Origin: an uncultured Candidatus Sumerlaeota bacterium | GTDB taxonomy: Bacteria; CAYMEV01 | Length of the DNA: 34,643 nucleotides | Assembly: GCA_964389675.1 (NCBI GenBank) | Contig: CAYMEV010000030.1 | Coordinates: 1 to 34,643 of the forward strand | Direction of reading: 5' to 3' | Shown: in pieces, positions 19,196 through 27,309 of the stretch | Position numbering within the stretch: position 1 is the first letter of the stretch | Layout: every line of letters starts with the position of its first letter | Position numbers and translations under genes: made by a program | Notes under the pieces: generated by a model | Database searches by the model: none | Seen by the model: only the letters and a program-made list of their open reading frames with translations | What the model was told of the DNA's origin: nothing

Positions 19196-19625
19196 GGTTT
19201 TCACTCCTTTGCTTAATAAATTCAATTATTTTTTCTTTAATCATGTCCCTGATTTTCCTTAGTACAGCCAGTTTTTCATCTTCCGGGCCCTTCAGGGATG
19301 CCGGGTCTTCAAATTCCCAGTGAAGTTTTATCCCTTTTCCAGGAAAGACAGGGCACTGCTCTGCTGCTTCAGGACTGCACACTGTAATTACATAATCATA
19401 CTGTCTCTGTTTTCTAAGCATATCATAAACACTTTTCGTACTGTTCCGGGATATATCATACCCATCTTCCATCATTGCCTTTATAACAAGCGGATTAAGC
19501 ATTCCAGGCTCAATGCCTGCACTTTCTGCTGAAAAGCCATCAGACAGGCGGTTAAGAAAAGCCTCTGCCATCTGGCTTCTTGCTGAATTGTGGACACATA
19601 TAAACAATACCCTTTTCTTTTCCAT
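19185..19625 (-). CDS. arsC: Thioredoxin-coupled arsenate reductase (LMW-PTP fold)
   Basis: [27 protein letters not shown]...EQCPVFPG (all three cascade Cys present) and HWEFEDP. The true start is ATG 19625 with SD AGGAG; the longer 249-aa ORF is an overlap artefact. Confidence 0.9.
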   Translation of the reverse strand: MEKKRVLFICVHNSARSQMAEAFLNRLSDGFSAESAGIEPGMLNPLVIKAMMEDGYDISRNSTKSVYDMLRKQRQYDYVITVCSPEAAEQCPVFPGKGIKLHWEFEDPASLKGPEDEKLAVLRKIRDMIKEKIIEFIKQRSENHGD

Positions 19626-19636
19626 TAAAAGATCTC

Positions 19637-20806
19637 CTATGGGAACAATGTGCCGTAGATCATACCTGTTAATGTGGACATAACAATAACAAGGCTTACA
19701 TAAACTGCTGTTTTCTTTGTACCTATCATACTCCTTATAGCAAGCATGCTCGGGAGAGACAGAGCAGGGCCTGCCAGAAGAAGCGCCAGGGCAGGGCCTT
19801 TTCCCATACCGCTTCCAAGAAGCCCCTGCAGTATTGGTATCTCTGTCAGCGTAGCAAAGTACATGAATGCCCCTGCAATTGAAGCAAAGAAATTTGCCCT
19901 GAGGCTGTTCCCCCCGAGCAGGCCTGAAACCCATCGGGAAGGAATAATGCCTTCCTGCCCGGGCCTTCCGAGAAAGAATCCTGCTAAAAGTACCCCTATA
20001 AAGAGCAGGGGCATTATCTGCAGTAAAAACTCATGGCTTGAGATTGCCCATAGCTTCAGCTCCTGTCTTTCAAACCATAATATAAGTATCAGTATGAGTC
20101 CCGCTATGAAAAACCCTGTAATATAGTATTTCATGCTGTAGATGGTATTCCACAAACCCATGCTGTCATCCTTGCCCCAGTTAACAAACACCAGTATGCC
20201 GACCATTGAAAAAATATAGAGTGCGGTCTGGAGAAGGTTTCTATTTTGACCCTCTTCCGATGGCAACATAAGTCCAAGGCTGTTATTCCTGTTTGTCTCC
20301 TCCCTCAGGAATATAAAATGCATCGCCAGTCCGATGATCACAGAAAAAATGACTGCCCCCAAAGCCCTTGCCAGGCCCATCTGAAAACCCAGAACCCTTG
20401 CGGTAAGTATTATTGCAAGTATATTTATTGCAGGGCCTGAATATAGAAAGGCTATAGCAGGCCCAAGCCCGGCACCCCTTTTATATATGCCTCCAAAAAT
20501 AGGCAATACCGTACAGCTGCAGACAGCAAGTATAGCTCCTGAGACAGATGCTACGCCGTAGCTTAACACTTTATTGGCCTTTGCCCCGAGGTATTTCAAG
20601 ACTGCCCCCTGGCTTATGAAATTGCTTATCGCCCCTGCAATAAAGAAAGCAGGGATCAGGCACAGGAGCACATGCTCCCTTGCATACTCCTGAAGCATAA
20701 GCAGAGACTCTTTCATTGGCCCGTAAAGCACAATTCTATCAAAAGGAAAGAAATAAAAAAAGGCAAATACAATCAATATCAATAAGAACTTGATCTTCCT
20801 GTTCAA
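19637..20806 (-). CDS. arsP: ArsP/DUF318-family permease
   Basis: Multi-TM protein with [48 protein letters not shown] and GPALSLP. TTG start with SD AAGGAG. Lies between arsR and arsC. Confidence 0.85.
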   Translation of the reverse strand: MNRKIKFLLILIVFAFFYFFPFDRIVLYGPMKESLLMLQEYAREHVLLCLIPAFFIAGAISNFISQGAVLKYLGAKANKVLSYGVASVSGAILAVCSCTVLPIFGGIYKRGAGLGPAIAFLYSGPAINILAIILTARVLGFQMGLARALGAVIFSVIIGLAMHFIFLREETNRNNSLGLMLPSEEGQNRNLLQTALYIFSMVGILVFVNWGKDDSMGLWNTIYSMKYYITGFFIAGLILILILWFERQELKLWAISSHEFLLQIMPLLFIGVLLAGFFLGRPGQEGIIPSRWVSGLLGGNSLRANFFASIAGAFMYFATLTEIPILQGLLGSGMGKGPALALLLAGPALSLPSMLAIRSMIGTKKTAVYVSLVIVMSTLTGMIYGTLFP

Positions 20807-20808
20807 TC

Positions 20809-21159
20809 TTACTCTCCTTTACACTTTTCTGTTCTTCTGCATCTAAGAAGCCTTTTTTCAAGGTTTCTGATATCCTTCTCATTTTCCGGAATGGCTGCCA
20901 GCATTTCTTCCAGCCTTGCATCAAAATCATCTTCTTTCAGATCAGCCTTATACAGGATAAACCTGCCATCCCTTCTTTCACTCACCAGGCCGGCATACTT
21001 AAGCTCCTTCATATGCCTTGATATACTGTATGCAGGGATTTTCAGGCTGTCCACTATCTCGCATACACAAAGCTCCCTATGGGCATACAGGAGGATCTTC
21101 ATGATCCTGATGCGTGTTTCATCGCTTAAAGCCTTAAATATTTTCTTATAATATCTCAT
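20809..21159 (-). CDS. arsR: ArsR/SmtB-family metalloregulator
   Basis: FKALSDETRIRI, ELCVCEI (arsenite-type CxC site) and winged helix ISRHMKELKYAGLVSERRDG. Confidence 0.9.
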   Translation of the reverse strand: MRYYKKIFKALSDETRIRIMKILLYAHRELCVCEIVDSLKIPAYSISRHMKELKYAGLVSERRDGRFILYKADLKEDDFDARLEEMLAAIPENEKDIRNLEKRLLRCRRTEKCKGE

Positions 21160-21188
21160 AATAATAATTATTACGTTTTAATGATTGC

Positions 21189-21217
21189 ATAGTTGCACAT
21201 ATATACAAATATGTCAA
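21189..21217 (-). promoter_or_regulatory. ars operon promoter -35 with a putative ArsR operator
   Basis: TTGACA at 21217-21212 (minus) abuts an imperfect 12-0-12 palindrome ATAGTTGCACAT|ATATACAAATAT (21189-21212; 9 of 12 positions pair). The -10 is non-consensus. Confidence 0.6.
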
Positions 21218-21661
21218 GATAAATTATCATTAATAGAATTGTCTGTTTTTCCATACCTCAGTTTCAAGGCTTTACGATCAGGTTATATTTATAAAAAATG
21301 GACCCCGATATTATTTTATACTAAAGATTAAATATTTTTTATTAAATATTAAAATATTCCTTTTGAATATGGCAAATTTTGATGTATATTTCTTATAAGG
21401 AAATTAAAATTATAAAAAGAATATCAGGGAGGGCTTTATCTGCAGTAATAGTTGCCTTTTTGCTCTTACCCGTTTCTTATGGTTTTCCTGAATTACAGCA
21501 TTTCTTTTATACTTGAGTTTTTTTATGAATATTTCAAATAAATCTCATTCAAATTACCTGGATCTGATGCTATTATCTATACCCAAAATGTGTTTAATCC
21601 TATTAATATATAAATTTTTCTGTAAAAAAAGATAATAAATTTAAAAAAGGGGTTTATTTTT

Positions 21662-24600
21662 ATGAAAAGATCATGCATCTTATTATCATTTCTCTTGTTA
21701 TTCACCATAAGCATTACCTTTGCAGAAGACTTGTTTTCTGGAATTTTGAGCCATGAGAACTATAATTTAAATGCTGATGGTTCTCAATCTTTGACTGCCT
21801 GTGAAAATATAGCTGAATCTTCCAAAGATTATTTCTGGGAATGGGATGAGCAGTTCTGGATATCCGGAGTGAATGGCTACATATATGATATTGCAGTCCT
21901 TGATCAGGATGTCTACATTGCAGGGGAATTCACTACTGCAGGCAATGTTTTTGCCAGTAATATTGTCAAATGGGATGGAACATCATGGTCTGCCCTGGGG
22001 GATGGCTTGAACGGTCGTGTCAGTGCCCTTGCTGTACTTGACGGCGAATTATACGCAGCAGGTGGATTCAACACCGCAGGGGGCGTATCCGCCAACAGAA
22101 TTGCCAGATGGGACGGATCTTCATGGTCTGCCCTGGGATCTGGTTTAAATGCATATGTAGAGACTATCTCTGTAATGAATGGTGAAATATACGCTGGCGG
22201 AAATTTCACTGCAGCCGGCGGAACACCTGCCAACAGAATAGCCAGATGGGACGGATCTTCATGGTCTGCCCTGGGGAATGGCATGAACAACTATGTTTTT
22301 TCGCTTGCTGTACTGGATGGTGTGCTCTATGCAGGAGGAAATTTTACAACTGCAGGGGAAATCTCTGCTAACTATATGGCCAGATGGGACGGATCTTCAT
22401 GGTCTGCTCTTGGTGATGAAACTAATAGTTATGTCAATGCGCTGACAGTCATGAATGGCAATCTGTATGCAGGGGGAATGTTTACGGAGGCTGGGGGAAT
22501 AACAGCTAATTATATTGCTTCCTGGGATGGCAGTTCCTGGTCTGCACTGGGTGATGGTATGGGCTATGCTGTATATTCTCTAACTTCCTATGACGGCAGT
22601 CTTTATGCAGGAGGAACATTCAGCACTGCAGGCGGGAATCCAGCACAAAATATTGCCAGATGGGACGGGTCTTCCTGGTATGCTCTTGGAGAAGGGGTTG
22701 ACGTCAATGTTCAGGCTTTGGAAGTACTTGACGGCATTCTTTTTGCAGGGGGAGCTTTTACTACTGCAGGAGGGGCAGCAGTAAATTATATTGCATCATG
22801 GGACGGCACAGCATGGTCGCCTCTCGGATCAGAACCAGGCTCAGGCATGAACAGTACAGTCAGGGCTTTTCATTCCATGGATGGTGATCTCTATGCTGGA
22901 GGTGAATTTAAGAATGCAGGTGGAAATACAGTTAATTATATTGCATCATGGGACGGCACAGCATGGTCGCCTCTCGGAGAAGGCATGTCCAATAACAGTA
23001 ATGTAATGGCGCTTGCTTCCATGAATGGCAGTCTTTATGCAGGGGGGACCATTCTTTATGCAGGAGGAGTCTATGTCAAGAATATCGCCTGCTGGGACGG
23101 TATAGAATGGTCGGCGCTTGGCACGGGTATGAACAACTATGTCTATGCTCTGGCAACACTCGACGGTACCCTCTATGCTGGGGGACAATTCACGACCGCA
23201 GGAGGGATCTCTGCAAATTATATTGCTTCCTGGGACGGAGTCTCCTGGTCAAGCCTTGGCGATGGAATGGATAATAAAGTAAATTCTCTTGCTGTCATGG
23301 ACGGTGAGCTTTATGCAGGAGGAAACTTTACAACCGCCGGAGGAGTATCTGCAAATCATATTGCTAAATGGGACGGCGTTTCGTGGTCTGCTCTTAGTGA
23401 GGGAACAGATAATGTTGTTTATTCTCTTGCTGTCATGGACGGTGAGCTTTATGCAGGAGGATATTTTACGACTGCGGGAGGCATATCTGCAAAGAATATT
23501 GCTAAATGGGACGGTACTTCATGGTCTCCTCTTGGTTCCGGGGTAGGGAACAATCTTTATTGCCTCGGAACGATGAATGGCTGTCTGTATGCAGGAGGAA
23601 ATATTACTGTAGCCGGCGGAGTATCTGTAAACTATATCGCAAGATGGGACGGAACAGAATGGTCCGCTCTCGGTGAGGCTGTTAATTCTTATGTGCATGC
23701 CATTTCTCAGCATGACGGAATGCTATATCTCGGAGGCAGATTTTTTACCGCAGGGGGAAAAATTTCAAATAGAATTGCCTGCGGTTCTCTGTATTTTGAG
23801 GGAACAGTATCCCTTTATGCGGACCCTGATACGCTTAATGTGAATCTCACCGGGGAGGGAAACTATATATCCGGCCAGGAGGTAGCAATATCTGCCGAAC
23901 TGGTCAGGGATTACCAGTTCCATGAGTGGGCAGGCTTGCCTGATGATATTGCACTTCTTGCAGATCCGGCATCTTCATCAACCACTTTCATCATGCCGGA
24001 GAGAGATGTTTCCTTTACTGCGGTATACAAGGATTTTTATGATGTTGCTTTAACTGCAGACCCTGATAATATAGGGGTTGTTTTAACAGGGGACGGGACT
24101 TACTATGTAGATTCTCAGGTAGATATTTCAGCCTCCTTAAATAAGGCATACCAGTTTTCAGAGTGGACAGGCTCTCCTGATGATATTTCCCTTCTGGATG
24201 ACCCTTTTTCCGCCATCACTTCTTTCATAATGCCCCAAAGGGATGTATCATTTACAGCTGTATACATAAATCCTGTTCCTGACGCTCCTTCAGGGCTTGT
24301 TGCAGGTTCAGCATCCCACTCTCAGATAAACCTTGAATGGACAGACAATTCAGACAATGAGAAAGGGTTCAAAATAGAAAGAAGGCCGGGTTCATCCGGT
24401 TTCTGGATCCAGATAGCCGTAACGGGCGCTGATATCATATCATACAGTGACACAGGGCTTCCTGCTGAAAAAGAATACTGCTACAGGGTCAGGGCGTATA
24501 ACAAGGTAGGCAATTCAGAGTATTCAAACACAGACTGCGCTACAACCTCGCCTCTTCCCTATTATCCTGTGCCAGTATACAGATTTTTCAACAATTTAAG

Positions 24601-25069
24601 GGGAGGACACCTTTATACTATAAGCGAAGCTGAAAGGGATTATATCATAGAGAACCTGCCTCAATGGACATATGAGGGGCCTAAATTCAAAGTATATGAA
24701 GATCCTGCACCGGAGAGCACGCCTGCATACAGGTTTTTCAACACCAGGACAGGCATTCATTTTTATACAATAAATGAAACTGAAAGGGATAATCTAATGC
24801 AGGTCGAACATTTTATTTATGAGGGGATCAAGTTTTATGTTCATGAATTTCCTGCAGAGAGTACTATACCTGTTTACCGTTTTTTCAATACGAACAGGGG
24901 TGGCCATTTCTATACAGTCAGCACTGATGAGAGGGATGCGCTTATGCAGATGCCGCACTGGAATTATGAGGGCATATGCTTTCATGTTTTTCCTCTGGAA
25001 CAGGCTCATAGGTCATTCTCTGCAAATGAGTCAAAGAAAACATCATCCTCCGGGAAAAAGGATGAATAA
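21662..25069 (+). CDS. Secreted surface protein: 14 WDG-repeat units (two predicted propellers), 2 InlB-B-repeat-like domains, FN3, C-terminal DUF5648-like triple repeat
   Basis: Signal peptide ending TISITFA. 13 WDGxxW motifs plus a final partial unit. Two ADPD...YQFxEWxG...FIMPxRDVSFTAVY domains. FN3 motif WTDNSDNEKGF. Three P(V/A)YRFFN...H(L/F)YT...ERD...YEG repeats from ~24572. SD AAGGGG. Confidence 0.88.
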   Translation: MKRSCILLSFLLLFTISITFAEDLFSGILSHENYNLNADGSQSLTACENIAESSKDYFWEWDEQFWISGVNGYIYDIAVLDQDVYIAGEFTTAGNVFASNIVKWDGTSWSALGDGLNGRVSALAVLDGELYAAGGFNTAGGVSANRIARWDGSSWSALGSGLNAYVETISVMNGEIYAGGNFTAAGGTPANRIARWDGSSWSALGNGMNNYVFSLAVLDGVLYAGGNFTTAGEISANYMARWDGSSWSALGDETNSYVNALTVMNGNLYAGGMFTEAGGITANYIASWDGSSWSALGDGMGYAVYSLTSYDGSLYAGGTFSTAGGNPAQNIARWDGSSWYALGEGVDVNVQALEVLDGILFAGGAFTTAGGAAVNYIASWDGTAWSPLGSEPGSGMNSTVRAFHSMDGDLYAGGEFKNAGGNTVNYIASWDGTAWSPLGEGMSNNSNVMALASMNGSLYAGGTILYAGGVYVKNIACWDGIEWSALGTGMNNYVYALATLDGTLYAGGQFTTAGGISANYIASWDGVSWSSLGDGMDNKVNSLAVMDGELYAGGNFTTAGGVSANHIAKWDGVSWSALSEGTDNVVYSLAVMDGELYAGGYFTTAGGISAKNIAKWDGTSWSPLGSGVGNNLYCLGTMNGCLYAGGNITVAGGVSVNYIARWDGTEWSALGEAVNSYVHAISQHDGMLYLGGRFFTAGGKISNRIACGSLYFEGTVSLYADPDTLNVNLTGEGNYISGQEVAISAELVRDYQFHEWAGLPDDIALLADPASSSTTFIMPERDVSFTAVYKDFYDVALTADPDNIGVVLTGDGTYYVDSQVDISASLNKAYQFSEWTGSPDDISLLDDPFSAITSFIMPQRDVSFTAVYINPVPDAPSGLVAGSASHSQINLEWTDNSDNEKGFKIERRPGSSGFWIQIAVTGADIISYSDTGLPAEKEYCYRVRAYNKVGNSEYSNTDCATTSPLPYYPVPVYRFFNNLRGGHLYTISEAERDYIIENLPQWTYEGPKFKVYEDPAPESTPAYRFFNTRTGIHFYTINETERDNLMQVEHFIYEGIKFYVHEFPAESTIPVYRFFNTNRGGHFYTVSTDERDALMQMPHWNYEGICFHVFPLEQAHRSFSANESKKTSSSGKKDE
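22784..22978 (+). repeat. Exact 45-bp intragenic direct repeat (150-bp period)
   Basis: aattatattgcatcatgggacggcacagcatggtcgcctctcgga at 22784-22828 and 22934-22978. Confidence 0.85.
23283..23461 (+). repeat. Exact 41-bp intragenic direct repeat (138-bp period)
   Basis: attctcttgctgtcatggacggtgagctttatgcaggagga at 23283-23323 and 23421-23461. Confidence 0.85.
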
Positions 25070-25121
25070 TCATCTGACTGTAAATAGAGTGTTTATCATC
25101 TGGATAAAATAGATCTTTTAG

Positions 25122-25146
25122 AGAGGGGGTGAATACCCCCTCTTCT
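25122..25146 (+). terminator. Probable Rho-independent terminator between convergent genes
   Basis: Perfect 9-bp stem AGAGGGGGT-gaat-ACCCCCTCT followed by TCT, about 50 nt after the stop at 25069. Confidence 0.7.
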
Positions 25147-25367
25147 GATTACTCTACATAATGATCAATATGAGATGCATTTCATTGTTTGCCTTATAAG
25201 CAGCGATACTTCAGGTCTGTCCATGAGTTCGCTATTAAGCAATTAATTAACTAAAAACAATATTCATGCAAAATGCAATAAGAAACAATTTAAGATATTG
25301 CACTTAATTATTAATTATAGTCTTTATTCTGTTTTTAATCCGTTTTTTATATTAGAATAATTTTCCC

Positions 25368-26483
25368 TTACTTTACCAGCCCGGTTATATCCAGTACATC
25401 CTGTTCAATTGGCTTATCAAGAGGGATCTCCCTTGCAGGCTGTCTTGAGAAGTCAACATTCTTAAGGTCTGCCTTTCTGATTCTCCTGTTATACATTGTA
25501 TGGTAATAAACTGTAAGGTTCTTTGTATCAAATGCTACTGTCCACTGAGTAGCAGAAGGCATATTGACAGCACCGGCCATGCCAGAGCCTTCAGCCTGGC
25601 TTATTCCTTCATTGAAGTTGTCGAGTATCCTGAACAGCTCATTAACTGTATCTATTCCGCCCTTTGTCCTGCGCGAATACTGCGAGAATACTGCAGCCCT
25701 GACAAACCTTGATGGAGATGTAAAATCCCCGGGCAGGCCCAGCATTCCGGATCCTCCTGCCAGAGGTGTAATTTCAAGATCTCCCCATTTTTTTCCTTCA
25801 AAAGGCTGGTTTGATATATAGCCGTAATTTCCGAGGTTTGTAAGATGCCATGGGAAATTAGGATTATTGGTAATTACCCCCACGGGATTATCATATATCA
25901 TGATCTTACCTTCGGTGAATTCTATAACAATGCATTTGCCGTCAGGCTGTGTCACCATCGCATGTGCAGGCCAGGGCATTCCTATCTTCTCTGCGATTAC
26001 TGGCACTACTGAAATTTTGCTCAGGCCTTCTTTCAGCTCTTCAATATCTGCAAAATTTGAAAGGATAAATGTCAGAAAATCGCCTGGCGCAATACTGATA
26101 TCTGCCTTCGCTGGATCATAAGGGGTATATTCTGCAAAGCCATTGTGGAAAAACCCTCCTGCTGAAAGGCCCTTTTCATTCATACCGTCTGTTACAATAC
26201 CCTCAAGCACTGCCAAAGCAGCAAACCCGTATTTTGACTTCCATTTATGCCCGATAAGGCCCTCGGGTGTCAGCCCGACAAAGTTGGTATCCCTGGGAAC
26301 TACCTGAAGCCTTGTTTCCATATCGAAAGACCCCCATTCCATTGTGCGCCCCCTTACAACAGTCCCATCTTCTCCCTCAAGCTGGATCCCAGTACATGCA
26401 AAAACAATTGGACCGCAAAAAAGAAATACAGTCAGCAAAACTGCAGAAATAACCCTGTTGCCGATGGATGAATTATTTGGCAT
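25368..26483 (-). CDS. Secreted choloylglycine hydrolase/penicillin V acylase family Ntn-hydrolase (C59)
   Basis: Signal peptide ending GPIVFA, directly followed by the nucleophile CT(GI)...RGRTMEW. Motifs DGMNEKGL, VITNNPNFPWH, GLPGDFTSPSRFVRA and TQWT. Start reassigned to ATG 26483 (SD GAGGAGG). Confidence 0.9.
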   Translation of the reverse strand: MPNNSSIGNRVISAVLLTVFLFCGPIVFACTGIQLEGEDGTVVRGRTMEWGSFDMETRLQVVPRDTNFVGLTPEGLIGHKWKSKYGFAALAVLEGIVTDGMNEKGLSAGGFFHNGFAEYTPYDPAKADISIAPGDFLTFILSNFADIEELKEGLSKISVVPVIAEKIGMPWPAHAMVTQPDGKCIVIEFTEGKIMIYDNPVGVITNNPNFPWHLTNLGNYGYISNQPFEGKKWGDLEITPLAGGSGMLGLPGDFTSPSRFVRAAVFSQYSRRTKGGIDTVNELFRILDNFNEGISQAEGSGMAGAVNMPSATQWTVAFDTKNLTVYYHTMYNRRIRKADLKNVDFSRQPAREIPLDKPIEQDVLDITGLVK

Positions 26484-26744
26484 CTCCATTTCCTCCTCTA
26501 AATTTTTTGAAGCAGCGATATTATAGCTAAGGATTTTAGACCATTGATAGAAATGCTTCAAGGATAAAATTCTCCTGGTTTCAAAAGAAGAAAGATGCTC
26601 CCGCTTTCAATTAACTGAAATATCACTTAAGGAATATTACCATTGCTGAGCTCTCCGGATCTCTTTGAAAAATATGAATCATGCAGGTACACCCGTATTT
26701 TGGAGATTCTTTCCAGTATATAGCATATTTTCCGGCTTTTTAAG

Positions 26745-27287
26745 CTATGTTTTTTGGTTTTTCAGGCTTTTAGCAATATTATCAATATATTTTCTGATAT
26801 CTTTTCTTTTTCGTATGACAGTAATATCCTTTTCGTTTTTTACTTTCCTTAGCTTGCTGTATATTCTCTGCCTCTGTGAGGATGGAAAAGCTATTATATA
26901 TCTAATAAATTCCAGGTCTATTTTTTCACTGCATCCTTCTGCCAGGTCTTCCCTGGTTCTGTTCCTGTACTTAAATCGCCTTCTGATGACTCCCCAAAGG
27001 CAATATAGCAGTGGTATATCAAGAAAAATGATCGTATCTGATGCATCTATCCGCATATCCATTGTTCTCAGGTAGTTTCCGTCAATTATCCAGGATCCAA
27101 GCGGAAGGATACCGCTTATCTTATCCATAAGCTCTTTATGTGAGCTCTCTTTCCAGCCAGGCTTCCAGAACAGCCTGTCCATATGAAACACCCTTATTCC
27201 TGTAAGCATGCCCAGTTCTCTTGACAACTCTGATTTGCCAGATCCAGGACATCCTATCACCATTATTTTTTTCATGTTCTTTGCCAT
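26745..27287 (-). CDS. FlaR-like / adenylate-kinase-like P-loop protein ('DNA topology modulation protein' family)
   Basis: KIMVIGCPGSGKS, HMDRLFWKPGW, WIIDGNY, DTIIFLD and REDLAEGCSEKIDLEF. Confidence 0.85.
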   Translation of the reverse strand: MAKNMKKIMVIGCPGSGKSELSRELGMLTGIRVFHMDRLFWKPGWKESSHKELMDKISGILPLGSWIIDGNYLRTMDMRIDASDTIIFLDIPLLYCLWGVIRRRFKYRNRTREDLAEGCSEKIDLEFIRYIIAFPSSQRQRIYSKLRKVKNEKDITVIRKRKDIRKYIDNIAKSLKNQKT

Positions 27288-27309
27288 TATCTGAAAAGTA
27301 TTTTTGATT

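Noticed and set aside
19626-19934. 103-aa N-terminal extension of ArsC in the 249-aa ORF
   Set aside because: It lies in an alternative frame inside the permease gene. The ATG at 19625 has its own SD and gives a normal-length ArsC.
16700-23760. 138-bp periodic repeats as a CRISPR array or DGR template/variable repeats
   Set aside because: They are in-frame coding repeats without unique spacers, the mismatches are not adenine-specific, and there is no cas or reverse transcriptase gene in the window.
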